IMG/VR virus record: IMGVR_UViG_3300046787_000098
Location: 1 to 57,054 of that record
Length of the DNA: 57,054 nucleotides
Source: a virus
Taxonomy: Duplodnaviria; Caudoviricetes
Reading direction: 5' to 3' (one strand)
The notes beneath the pieces were generated by a model. It did not search any database. It was not told where the DNA came from and saw only the letters and a list, made by a program, of their open reading frames with translations. Of the stretch, positions 5,813-15,900 are shown one piece after another. The position numbers and the translations under genes are program-made. Position 1 is the first letter of the stretch. Every line of letters starts with the position of its first letter.

Positions 5813-6465
5813 GTTTTATCGTAGAAAACACGTCCACTGGTGGCGACTTCAAACCAGTACCCGCAGGTCTTCACCTTGCACGTTGCTACCGAATCATTGA
5901 CCTTGGAACCCAGCGTTCTGAGTACGAGGGCATTGAGAAGCACCAGCGCAAGATCATGCTGGGCTGGGAACTGCATGGCAAGGACGACGAAGGCGACGAG
6001 CTGGTGACCGAGCGTGGCGATCCCCTTGCGATCTTCAAGAACTACACGCTGAGCTGGAACGACAAAGCCAACCTGCGGATTGACCTCCAGAACTGGCGTA
6101 ACAAGCCCTTCACAGAGGAAGAGATGCGTCGTTTTGACATCCAGACCATCTTGGGTGCGTGGTGCATGTTGACCGTGATCCAGAGGCCGGGGAAAAACGG
6201 CAAGCTCTACGCCAACGTCAAGGCTGTATCTCCTGTTCCGTCTGTCATCAAGTCCGCAGGTCTCCCTCCAGCGATCAACGTGAACCAAGTGTTCCGTTTG
6301 GCTGACCCTGACCTCGAGCTTTACGAGACCTTCGGTAAGGGCCTCAAGGCGATGATTGAGGCTTCTCCTGAGTGGCAGGCTTTCCAAGGCAAGAAAAGCG
6401 CTCCAAACCCCGTTAAAACGCCTTCCAGCGGCTTTGACGACATGGACGACGACCTGCCCTTCTGA
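5809..6465 (+). CDS. Phage ssDNA-binding protein-like (OB-fold) replication protein
   Basis: P.G.H.ARCY.IIDLGTQ N-terminus; acidic DDMDDDLPF SSB-type tail. Confidence 0.7.
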   Translation: MSFIVENTSTGGDFKPVPAGLHLARCYRIIDLGTQRSEYEGIEKHQRKIMLGWELHGKDDEGDELVTERGDPLAIFKNYTLSWNDKANLRIDLQNWRNKPFTEEEMRRFDIQTILGAWCMLTVIQRPGKNGKLYANVKAVSPVPSVIKSAGLPPAINVNQVFRLADPDLELYETFGKGLKAMIEASPEWQAFQGKKSAPNPVKTPSSGFDDMDDDLPF

Positions 6466-6467
6466 TC

Positions 6468-6830
6468 ATGAAACACGAACGGGACGAATTAACACTTGAC
6501 CTGTTTGGGGGGCACCTGCCCCCTCCTACGGGCTTACAGCTTGGTCACGCCTTGGCAAAGGTTGCGGCTGATAACGCTGGTGAGGACTGGAAAAAGATTG
6601 CCTACGAGACGTTTGTCCAGTATGCACGTATGCACCACGAGTTCACCACAGAGCAAGTTAGGGCTGACAGCTTGGACGTTCCAACTCCTCCTGAGCCTCG
6701 TGCTTGGGGGCACATTGTGAACATGGCAAAGAAAAACAACATCATCGAATTCGCAGGGATCACGACAGCTACGAGCCGCAAGGTGCATGGCATGAGAGTG
6801 ACGCTGTGGAGATCAAAGATTAACTACTAA
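6468..6830 (+). CDS. Hypothetical winged-helix-like protein
   Basis: EFTTEQVR...PPEPRAWG...LWRS phage family pattern. Confidence 0.7.
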   Translation: MKHERDELTLDLFGGHLPPPTGLQLGHALAKVAADNAGEDWKKIAYETFVQYARMHHEFTTEQVRADSLDVPTPPEPRAWGHIVNMAKKNNIIEFAGITTATSRKVHGMRVTLWRSKINY

Positions 6831-6837
6831 GGACAAC

Positions 6838-7038
6838 ATGAGATATAGCACTGCAAAACCAACACTGAAAGCCAATTGGTCTGAGGGATCTGGCGAAATC
6901 GGCAACCTTGAAGAGTGGCGCAAGCACGACATGATGCTACGCGCTGACCTGCTTCAAGACTGGATTCACGATCTGGAGCAAGAGTATCACCGTACCCTTG
7001 AGGAATGCTTTCCCAAAAAGCTGAAGGCGGTCAAATGA
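6838..7038 (+). CDS. Hypothetical protein
   Basis: 66-aa ORF, AAGGA RBS. Confidence 0.7.
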   Translation: MRYSTAKPTLKANWSEGSGEIGNLEEWRKHDMMLRADLLQDWIHDLEQEYHRTLEECFPKKLKAVK

Positions 7039-7796
7039 GTATTACCGTACGAGCCAGCGAATCATCCCATTGGTACACCCGTGAAGGGCAACCAAAATAC
7101 ACCGTAGAAGCCAAGAACGGCAACCTGCGGAACACGACTCTAGCTGATGCACGCAAGATGAACCTTGTGCCGTCGGTGACGACGATCATAGGCTGTGCCG
7201 CGAAGCCCGGCCTCGAGGCGTGGAAGCTCAACCAAATGATGTTGGCCTCCATGACCCTGCCACGGGCGCCAGAGGAATCTGAAGAGCTGTACGTTCAGCG
7301 AGTCATCAAAGACTCCCGTGAACACGCCCGTGCCGCCGCCCAGAGGGGTACAGAGGTTCACACGGCTCTTGAGAGCTGGTACGAAGGCGTCATGGTGGCT
7401 GACATGGTCGACTACCAGATGGGCACTGGTCAGGCTGTCAAGGAGGCTTTTGGTGAGCCTACGTGGCACTCAGAGAAGTCGTTCTGTCATGAGATGGGGT
7501 TTGGCGGCAAGCTTGACCTGCACTCAGAGGATGGAGATGGCATCGTCATCGACTTCAAGACGAAGGAATTCACCGACCCCGCAAAGGTAGATGCATACGA
7601 CGAACATCTGATGCAACTTGCCGCTTACAGGATTGGATTGAATCTACCCAAGGCACGCTGTGCGAATGTGTTCGTATCGGTGAGTGAGCCGGGGCTGGTG
7701 GTGGTCAAAGAGTGGACGCAAGAAGACCTTGACCGTGGATGGGAAATGTTCAACAGCTTGCTCAAGTACTGGCAGGCAAAAAATAAACACAAATGA
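7035..7796 (+). CDS. PD-(D/E)xK exonuclease (Cas4/RecB-like superfamily)
   Basis: PSVTTI, RGTEVH..LE, GGKLDL, IDFKT, QLAAY motifs. Confidence 0.85.
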   Translation: MSITVRASESSHWYTREGQPKYTVEAKNGNLRNTTLADARKMNLVPSVTTIIGCAAKPGLEAWKLNQMMLASMTLPRAPEESEELYVQRVIKDSREHARAAAQRGTEVHTALESWYEGVMVADMVDYQMGTGQAVKEAFGEPTWHSEKSFCHEMGFGGKLDLHSEDGDGIVIDFKTKEFTDPAKVDAYDEHLMQLAAYRIGLNLPKARCANVFVSVSEPGLVVVKEWTQEDLDRGWEMFNSLLKYWQAKNKHK

Positions 7797-7978
7797 AGGA
7801 GTTAACTCTTATGGACGAACTGTTACCGATTATTTTGATTGGCTGGGTCATAGCCTCTTGGCTCACCCACATCATCGTCTGTCTCAAGACAGCCTCTTGG
7901 GGCTTTCTGATTGCTGGCGCGATCCTCTTCCCCATCGCTTGGATTCACGGCACAGCCATTTGGCTTGGTCTCGTTTAA
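7793..7978 (+). CDS. Small two-TM membrane protein
   Basis: WLTHIIVC...WGFLIAGAILFPIA.IHG hydrophobic pattern. Confidence 0.7.
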   Translation: MKELTLMDELLPIILIGWVIASWLTHIIVCLKTASWGFLIAGAILFPIAWIHGTAIWLGLV

Positions 7979-7988
7979 GGAAAAAATC

Positions 7989-8246
7989 ATGTTCATTTCA
8001 TACACAGAAAAACTGCATTTGCTTGACAAAGTTAAATTACTCGACTCGCTGATCAAAGAGGTCAGCCTCATGGCTACCGAGATCACCATGCTCAAGGCAA
8101 AGATCAAGGTTTTAGAGGGCGCAAAGGTTGCCCCTAAGAAGCAAACCACAGCGGCTCAGAGAGCTAAACAGCGTGAATACATGCGCAAGTACAAGGCACG
8201 CAAAAAGGCTGAGAAAGCCGCTCAATTAGCGCAGGTGGTTGCATGA
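7989..8246 (+). CDS. Basic coiled-coil hypothetical protein
   Basis: AAGGA RBS, start MFISYTEK; bZIP-like basic tail REYMRKYKARKK. Confidence 0.7.
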   Translation: MFISYTEKLHLLDKVKLLDSLIKEVSLMATEITMLKAKIKVLEGAKVAPKKQTTAAQRAKQREYMRKYKARKKAEKAAQLAQVVA

Positions 8247-8470
8247 ATCCATACCTGACTCCAGACGAGATCAAAGAAGCGTTTCGCAAGATCTACCTTG
8301 AGGAGAACCACGACTTCCTCGAGGAAGACCTTCAAAAGCTTGCTGACGGCTTCATCATGGCGGCGGCTCCTATGATCATCAGAACTGAGCGCGATATGTG
8401 CATCAAGTTTGTCAATTCACTCAACACCAATGTGGCTCGTGCTCTTGGTGAGTACCGAGAGAACCTATGA
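8243..8470 (+). CDS. Hypothetical protein
   Basis: 75-aa coupled ORF. Confidence 0.7.
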   Translation: MNPYLTPDEIKEAFRKIYLEENHDFLEEDLQKLADGFIMAAAPMIIRTERDMCIKFVNSLNTNVARALGEYRENL

Positions 8471-8694
8471 CACCCAAGCAGTTCGTCAATGAGCTGTTTG
8501 GCGAGGATTGGAAGCCCTCACAGCTTCCAGTCTTCCTTGACCAAATTAAGGCTTGGTCAGAGGATGCTCAGAGGTACTACGTTGTACGTGACTTCTCAAA
8601 AGACTTGGAGTGGGAAACTGATCCCCGTCTGCGTGTGAAGTTCGGGGAATTTGACGACCTTGTGGATGCCAAGCGCTTCGAGCAAGAGCTATAA
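8467..8694 (+). CDS. Hypothetical protein
   Basis: 75-aa coupled ORF, last gene of the rightward arm. Confidence 0.7.
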   Translation: MTPKQFVNELFGEDWKPSQLPVFLDQIKAWSEDAQRYYVVRDFSKDLEWETDPRLRVKFGEFDDLVDAKRFEQEL

Positions 8695-8718
8695 AAAAAG
8701 CCCCCGTTTTAGGGGGGC
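8693..8718 (-). terminator. Intrinsic terminator at the convergence of the two arms
   Basis: Minus strand GCCCCCC-TAAAAC-GGGGGC-TTTTTTT. Confidence 0.8.
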
Positions 8719-8757
8719 AAATTCATAGGCAACTGCGATTAGCTCTATGAAGGACAA

Positions 8758-10314
8758 TCAAGGCAAAGGGGTTCCCAAGGGGTCTGTGTTGGATAGAGAC
8801 CTCATGATCGTGTCACGGTACTCAGCAGGGTTACGCTCGATCTCTTGCTTTTGACGGCGCACGTCACGGATGATTGGTGCGCCGATTGACAAAGGAATAG
8901 CCAGAGGTGCAACAGGCGGGATGAATGAGCCTACAGTGCCAGCCATACCTAAGCCAGTTAAGGCGAGGTCAGTGTAGTCAGGCTGAGATACACCCATGCC
9001 GTGGAAGAACTCTGGTGCTTCGTAGCCAAGGTTTGCGCCAGCCAACGGTGCTGAGACGATAGGCAAGCGACCAGCAAAGCGACTTGTTCGGCTTGCCAAG
9101 TCCTTCAGCTCTTCGACAGATGGGCCAACATTTCCAGAAGACTTCATCATGTTGACAAACAACTCTTTTGTGGCGTCCAGACCTGACATCTTGGGGACGA
9201 CAGGCACAGGAGGCTTAGCTCCACCGATCTCGCCTGCTGGGCCACGGGGGCCAAGTGTTGGGGCAGGGGAGGATCTGTTGTACAAAACGCCGCTGGGCGA
9301 GGAGGTCATCCCCGGCTGTTGCGCAAAGAACGTCGGCGCCTCTTGGGTCACCTGACCTGTCTGACGCAGAATTTGAGCGATCTTCTCAGCTTCAGCCTTA
9401 GCCGCCGCCTGCTGTGATGTCTCCACGTTGTAGCCAGTCTGACGTGCACGACCCGTAGTCCCCAAGTCTCCAGTTGTACCTTGAAGGATACGTGTGGCCT
9501 GTGGGTCGCCAGAAGGCAGTCCACCCATTTGTGGAGGGGTAGGTGCACCACCACCCACAGGAGCGCCTGTAGGGGGCATAGGAGCGCCTCCAGAGGGCAT
9601 CTGTGGAGGCATTTGAGCGGCTAGCCTGTCGACCATGCCACCGATCTTGGTCATAGCTTTACCGCCCTCAACCTTGACCTGCGCAGGACTACCCACTGCA
9701 AGACCAGCTCCAGCGCCATAGAGCGACATCATTTTCTTTTCGTCTTGAGCGGCTTCACGTGATGCCGCCATCTCTTCGTCCAACTTGATCTGACGAAGCT
9801 GTGCCTCAGTGGGTTGCGACACATCCACAGGAGGTTTAGCGGCTTCTGGGGCGCCAGTAGCCTCAACAGGCTCAGAGGCTTCAAATGTGCCAAAGCCTTT
9901 AAGGGCTTGAAGGTATTCTTTGGTGCGAGGGCCAAGCTTTTCGCCAGCGGCAAGAGAAGCAATAACGTCTGGGCCGCTGTGGTAGAACGCCGCAGTCAGC
10001 TTTGGATCGTTGCCAGTGACCGTCAAACCTTCCTTGATGTACTGAACACCAGCCTCAATGTTCTTGGCTGTGTCACGCAGATCTTTTTCAGAAAAGCCCA
10101 TGCCCTTGCCAGTCTTTGGCAGAACCTGCATCAAACCTACAGCACCGTCCTCACTGTCTTTCACGTCAGGACGAAGGCTACTTTCCTTGAATGCAATAGA
10201 GATTGCAAGCGCAGGCGGCACACCCATCTCTTTGGCTTTAACAGCCACTTGACGAGCGTACTCAAGTTGGTCTTTGTCCAAAGTGTCTAGAAACGCGAGT
10301 TTATTTTGCGCCAT
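8758..10314 (-). CDS. Virion ejection protein with N-terminal soluble lytic transglycosylase (SLT) domain
   Basis: KESS...GAVGLMQV...NIEAG..Y...AFYHSG motifs; glycine-zipper C-terminus. Confidence 0.85.
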   Translation of the reverse strand: MAQNKLAFLDTLDKDQLEYARQVAVKAKEMGVPPALAISIAFKESSLRPDVKDSEDGAVGLMQVLPKTGKGMGFSEKDLRDTAKNIEAGVQYIKEGLTVTGNDPKLTAAFYHSGPDVIASLAAGEKLGPRTKEYLQALKGFGTFEASEPVEATGAPEAAKPPVDVSQPTEAQLRQIKLDEEMAASREAAQDEKKMMSLYGAGAGLAVGSPAQVKVEGGKAMTKIGGMVDRLAAQMPPQMPSGGAPMPPTGAPVGGGAPTPPQMGGLPSGDPQATRILQGTTGDLGTTGRARQTGYNVETSQQAAAKAEAEKIAQILRQTGQVTQEAPTFFAQQPGMTSSPSGVLYNRSSPAPTLGPRGPAGEIGGAKPPVPVVPKMSGLDATKELFVNMMKSSGNVGPSVEELKDLASRTSRFAGRLPIVSAPLAGANLGYEAPEFFHGMGVSQPDYTDLALTGLGMAGTVGSFIPPVAPLAIPLSIGAPIIRDVRRQKQEIERNPAEYRDTIMRSLSNTDPLGTPLP

Positions 10315-10316
10315 GT

Positions 10317-12005
10317 TTACTCCAGCTCTTTGTCAAGGTTTTTCCGCGCTTCGCTCACATCAGGCTTGCCAGTTGGTCTGGGTTTTGTAGACACTGCGCC
10401 AGCTTTACTGCGAACCCAAGAATCGTAGCTCTTCTCAAGCTTCTTGTATTCAGGCGTGCTGGTGTACTGCAAGTACGTGCCGCGTGGGTTAGCGCCAACA
10501 TAGTCTTTGTAGCCTTCAAGGCGGTCTCTGTCAAAGTCAGCACGCTTGCCAACAAACTGGGCGCGAAGCTTCAAGACCTCTGGGCTGTTAGACACAGTGC
10601 CAGTGCCAGCCGCTCTGGAGATCATGCGTTCACCTTCGGTGATCTGTCCTTGTTTGCTCATGAACATGCGGGTGTAAGCCAACTCGACGTTAGCCATGTC
10701 TGCACCCACCAACTGAACGGCATCGATGTCAGTCTGCTTGATCTTAGGGTCGGCTTGACGGACAGCGTCTTCCCATGCGGGGACAGTCACACCACGAGAG
10801 TTGGCGCGAATGCCTTGGCTGACGACGGTGTTGATCGCGGACAGGAGCCCGGGCTTCTTGAAGATGCCAAAGCCCTTCGGATTCGCACTAACCTTCTCGT
10901 AGATTGAGTTGGCTGAGTTCGACAGGTCACGCGCCATGCTGATTTCAACAGGCGCCTCTTTACGAAGCTCCACCTCAGTCTTAGCAGTACCAACAGCCAG
11001 CTCTTTGTTGCCAGCCGCTTCAGCTTCAGCTTGTTCTGCGGTTGGCCTCTGTGTTGGCGCACCAGCAGGAGCCGCACCAGTAGGTGTACCGCTAGGTGTA
11101 GATGGCGCGGCAGTCTTGGGTTCAGGGCCAAACATAATCATCTTGGCAATCTTGGCGTAATCATCCGCATCTTGCGCGTTGCCAAGCATGGTCGCGTATG
11201 TTGCAGGAATCTCTACACTGCCATAGCCATGGATGTAAGTCTTGGTTGGTGTTGGATCGAAGCCAAACTTCTGACCAGTCGCTAGGTTAACGCCAGATGT
11301 ACCAGCTTGATTGACCTGAATGTTTTTGCGACGATTTTCAAAGATGTCTTTGCGGATCTCGTACGGATCTTTGCCAGCGGCTAGACCTCGTTTGTAATCC
11401 ATCTTTTCTTGCGGAGTAAAGCCTTCAGGTTGTGCAGGGAACAACTGAGTTCCAGCAGGAGCTGATGGAGCTTGAGGAGCCTGAGCCATAGGAGCCGCTT
11501 GAGGGGCCGCTTGAGGAGCCGTAGACAAAGGTGCTTGAATAGCAGGAGCGGCAGGTGCTTGAGCAGTAGGCAAAGCTCCAGCAGGTGCTGAAGGAGCTGG
11601 CTGTGGGGCTGGTTGAGGAGCTATTGCTGGAGGCTTGGTGTAAGGGGAATCTCCGCCCAAGTCCTCGTTGATAGCACGTTGCCGTGCCTCAGCTTGTTTT
11701 GTCTGCATCTCAGTCTGGACGCCTTGCTGAGCCATCTCTAGGCGCATCTTAGCCATCTCCATGATGCGCTTTTCTTCAGCGGCTTGGGCTGGGCCAACAG
11801 AGGCGGCTACGTTGCCTAATGACTCGCCAAAAGAACCAGTCTTTGTAGGCGCAAGAAAGCCTTGAGCCATGGCAAGCATGGTGGGGTCAAACAAACGATT
11901 GCTTCGCTCTTCAAACTTCTCTCGAGCATTCTTTTGAGCGTCGAGATATTCTTGCATGGCATCACTGCCAATGACATTCGTAAAATCTGGTGCTTTAGTT
12001 GCCAT
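10317..12005 (-). CDS. Putative DNA ejection/internal virion protein
   Basis: LAMAQGFLAPT.TG.FGESLG N-terminus, Pro/Ala linkers; position in the ejection cluster. Confidence 0.6.
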   Translation of the reverse strand: MATKAPDFTNVIGSDAMQEYLDAQKNAREKFEERSNRLFDPTMLAMAQGFLAPTKTGSFGESLGNVAASVGPAQAAEEKRIMEMAKMRLEMAQQGVQTEMQTKQAEARQRAINEDLGGDSPYTKPPAIAPQPAPQPAPSAPAGALPTAQAPAAPAIQAPLSTAPQAAPQAAPMAQAPQAPSAPAGTQLFPAQPEGFTPQEKMDYKRGLAAGKDPYEIRKDIFENRRKNIQVNQAGTSGVNLATGQKFGFDPTPTKTYIHGYGSVEIPATYATMLGNAQDADDYAKIAKMIMFGPEPKTAAPSTPSGTPTGAAPAGAPTQRPTAEQAEAEAAGNKELAVGTAKTEVELRKEAPVEISMARDLSNSANSIYEKVSANPKGFGIFKKPGLLSAINTVVSQGIRANSRGVTVPAWEDAVRQADPKIKQTDIDAVQLVGADMANVELAYTRMFMSKQGQITEGERMISRAAGTGTVSNSPEVLKLRAQFVGKRADFDRDRLEGYKDYVGANPRGTYLQYTSTPEYKKLEKSYDSWVRSKAGAVSTKPRPTGKPDVSEARKNLDKELE

Positions 12006-12015
12006 GTTTTACGCC

Positions 12016-12927
12016 TCAGGTTGGGCCAGACAATTGCTCTGGGCCACTTGAAAATTGGTTGCCAACAAAATTCAGCGCCTTATCAAGCCAACCAGTATCT
12101 TTGGAGTTTGTGCCGCTTGCAAGTACGGAACCTAAGCCACCAATCTGTGACAAGATGGATGGGCCGTAGGAGCTGGCTGGGCCTTTGTAGGTCTCTGTCG
12201 TTACCGTTGGGTACGTATAACCACGCATCAGGGCGGCGACGTTTGTAGCGTTGGTCAATGGTGCATTGATCTCGGCTTGTTGCTGAGCTTGCTCGATAGC
12301 ACCAATGTCAGTGGCTGACTTCAAACCAGTGGTAGCGGCTTGCTGTTCTTGAGCGCCCAGAGTGCCTAGCATTTGACCTGCTTGTGTCTGACCACTCATC
12401 TCACGCAAAGCGGCATCAAGAGACGACTGGTATGCCGCCATCTTGGCTTTGTTTTGCTCTTGCAGAAGTGTTGTATTGGCGTCACCCAAGGTCTGACCCA
12501 AGGCGCCAGCATAACGCTGACTGCCCAATCCACCAGAACCAACGAAGCCAGCCTTAAGCTGGGGCAGAAGGTTACGTTGGACGTTCTGGGCGCTACGGGT
12601 AGCCATGTCTTCTGTGACAGCGGCTTCGTAGGGGTTGTAGAACTTGTTGATGTCAGCTTGATCTACACCAGCGCCAGCCTGCCCAGCCGTATAGGCGGCG
12701 TCCATGGGGCTTTGGTAGCGTGTGAGAGCAGTTGGTGCGGCGGTAATCGCCTGCGTCTGCAAAGTGCTCAGAGGAGCTACCAGTTGGTCAGCGGGTTTTG
12801 CAAGGGCTGTTTGACCAGCCGATGCGACGTCTTCCAGATACTTCGTCAGGTAGTCAGGAGCTTTAGCCGCCGTTTCTCTAAACGTCTCAACATTTGGTGG
12901 TGCGTCACCTTGGAATAAGCTTGCCAT
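12016..12927 (-). CDS. Putative DNA transfer (pilot/ejection) protein
   Basis: Gln/Ala-rich; INKFYNPY...GGLGSQR pattern; glycine-zipper C-terminus. Confidence 0.6.
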   Translation of the reverse strand: MASLFQGDAPPNVETFRETAAKAPDYLTKYLEDVASAGQTALAKPADQLVAPLSTLQTQAITAAPTALTRYQSPMDAAYTAGQAGAGVDQADINKFYNPYEAAVTEDMATRSAQNVQRNLLPQLKAGFVGSGGLGSQRYAGALGQTLGDANTTLLQEQNKAKMAAYQSSLDAALREMSGQTQAGQMLGTLGAQEQQAATTGLKSATDIGAIEQAQQQAEINAPLTNATNVAALMRGYTYPTVTTETYKGPASSYGPSILSQIGGLGSVLASGTNSKDTGWLDKALNFVGNQFSSGPEQLSGPT

Positions 12928-12936
12928 TTTTGCTCC

Positions 12937-15900
12937 TTACCGTTTCTTTTTTAGGTAATCTAGGGGTGATTTCAACGCTGGTGGCGGTAGGTCTTTTGGC
13001 TTCTTAGACCTAGCTCTGGCGCGGATAGCGTGCATCATTTCGTATAGTTTATCTGAACCAGCCTTGGTTGAGCCATTTCCCAGAGCAGAAACTACGTCCG
13101 CAGGGAACACAAACTCACCATCAGCCAGCATGGCCTTGATGTCGTCAGACTGACCGTCACCCTCACCAGCTACGTGGGCGCCGTGGCGGAAGTCCATCCG
13201 ACCGTCAGGACGGGGTAAGGCTCCTAGAGCACCACCAGACTTAGCCAACAGGGGTAGAGCCATCGCTCCACCAGAGGCCATCTGCAAGGGGGCAACAAAG
13301 CCGCCTTCTTTAAAGGCTGGGGCCTCTTCCTCTTCGTCAAACAACGTGTCAATGTCGTCTGGAGCGTTGCCGTATTTCCATGTACCTTGGTCTGGCATGT
13401 CTGGTTCCTGTGTATTAACTTGAGGTGTTTCTGGCATTTTCTCAGTATTCATGTCTTCTTGCAAAGCCTGTAGCTTCGCTAGAGGATCAATAAACTTGTC
13501 CTGAGTCATATATGCCTTGAGCATTTGAGGTGGCAGGCGGTCTAAATCACCAGCCATAGCGGCTCCGCCAATCAAACCAGCAGTTAAACCAGCGCCTTTT
13601 TTGCTTGTGCTGGTGGTCTTGCTTGTTGGGGTTTCTGGTGTGGCGGTTAGTGAGCCAGAGATCAGATCGTTGACCTTGTCACGCAAGACAACGGTTTCCT
13701 GAGTCTTTGTGGCTGTATCGGTAGCCAGTTTTTTCAGCTCATCAATGTTGATATTGACGTTCGTGTTTACATTTGCGTTTACGGCGGCATTCACAGCGGC
13801 ATTTACGGCTGTGTTTGTGTCGACACCAGAGTTAATCGCCGCAGTCACAGCAGACGTGACAGCATTTTTGGTCACCGTCGTCACGTTTGAATTCACATTT
13901 GCATTGACGTTCGCATTTACGTTAGCGTTGACATTTGCGTTAGCGTTTGCATTCGCGTTGGCGTTGGCGTTGGCGTTTGCATTCGCATTTGTGGTTACAG
14001 CCGCATTGATAGCGGCAGTCACTGACGTCGTGATTGCTGTGTTTGCATTGACATTACTACTCAGAGCAGTCGTCACAGCAGAATCAACAGCAGTGGTCAC
14101 AGCGGCGTTTGAGTTCACGTTGCTTGTCAGGGCAGTTGTGACCGCAGAAGTAACGGCTGTATTGATTGATGTAGAGGCATTAGCACCAGTTTGAATGCTA
14201 GACGTGATCGCAGAGCTGACCGTGTTGTTGATCGCTGTGTTGGCATTCACGCCAGCATTTGTAGCCGCTGTAATCGAGCTGGAGACGGTCTTAGACACGT
14301 CTGCACCGCTTGTGATGGCTGAGCTAACAGTAGAGTTGATCGCTGTTGTCGTGTTTGCACCAGCGGTAATGGCTGAGTCAATAGACGTTGTGACAGTTTG
14401 AGTTACATCAGCACCACTTGTCACAGCAGAAGATACGGCTGTCGTGATGGACGCACTGGCATCAGCGCCGTTGGTGATCGCTGAGTTAACTGTAGATCCA
14501 ACAGCTACTTCAACAGAAGCACCATTTGACAAAGACTGCTGAACAGAATTTGTGATGGCTGTGTTCACACCTGCTTTGTCACCAGCGGTCACAGCGGCTG
14601 TGATGTTATTGTTGATTGTTGTGCTTGTTGCGATGTCAGTTGGCGAGGTTGCAACAGCAGTTCCTTTGCCAACAGCACCGCCCAAAATGGTTTGCGTCAA
14701 AGCTTTGTTTGCATCTAGCTCTTGACCTAATACAGCGTTTACAGCAAGGGATGAGCCACCCTCCTGACCAGCCTCTGTGAACGTCTCACCAACAACCTTA
14801 GAGCCTGCTTTGCCAACGACGTTTCCGACTTTGCCGACAACGACGTCAGCAACCTTGCCCAGAGTCAACTGAACAGCGGTTTCGGCAAGACCTGCGGCGG
14901 CGCCAGCTTTTCTAGCGTCTGACAAAGCATCTGCGTGGCTCTTGCCTGCTTTGATGGACTCGTCATAAGTTTCCAAGGCGGCGTTACCAGTGGTCTCAGC
15001 GACGTCCATAGCGCCAGTGGCAAGCAAGATGCCTTTGACAGTTCCGCCCCCGAGGAATAGGCCGGGCAACTCTTGCCTCAATTCCACCTCTACTTGGCGA
15101 CCCAAGCCGCTGTTGCCATCCATGATGCGACCAGCCAAGATGCCAAGCTTCTCCCATCCTTTGGCGTTTTGGATGAGGGACGTGGTTTCATTCCAGTTCT
15201 TGGTATCTACCACACCATTGCCAATACTCTGACCAAACTTGGTCAAGTCGTCTCCGCTCTTCACAAAAGCGTCAGCCAGTGGTTTGTTGTCAGTGATTAA
15301 AGACAAACCACCAGCCACGTTCTTTTGCATGTTGCCAGCGGCCTCATACGCTGTGCTCACACTGTTTGTGATGGGGCTGTTTGGGTTGTTCTTTAGATAA
15401 TCTTGAGCCGCCTCACTGCTCAGCTTCATTTGATTCTGAATTGTGTTGGCAAGGTTGCTGAAGAAACCTGTTGACTCAATCTTCTTTGTAGCGGCGGCTT
15501 GTTGTTTGGCAAGCTCGTCTGCGGCGGTGGCACGTGCGGCTGTATCGCTTTGAGCGGCAACAGTCTTAGAAGCATCAGTTACTGTTGACAGATTGGCTTT
15601 GTTCAATGATTCAATTGATGGGCCAGCCAAGTCTGGGCGCTCTTCAGCAGTGGCGGCGCTGTAGCTTTTCCCGTTCCATGTAAATACATCTTTAGCGCCA
15701 AGACCGCCTTCACGTGCAAGTCTGAACGCTTCATCTCTTGATGATGCATTGGCAATGTTGTTTTTTAATTCTGTTGCTTTTGCTTCATTAAAAGCTTTGT
15801 CAACAGCCTCGCCCGATGCACCCATGGTGTACGTAGTGCCACCGTATGTAAAGGTTGTTCCCGTGGGGTTGCGAGCCTTAGCCAGCGCGGCGGCTTCTTC

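Noticed and set aside
5659-6387. 242-aa minus-strand ORF
   Set aside because: Antisense to the SSB-like gene, which has clear motifs and operon coupling.
7035-7796. Exonuclease as a CRISPR Cas4
   Set aside because: It lacks the four-Cys Fe-S cluster motif and sits in an ordinary phage recombination module.
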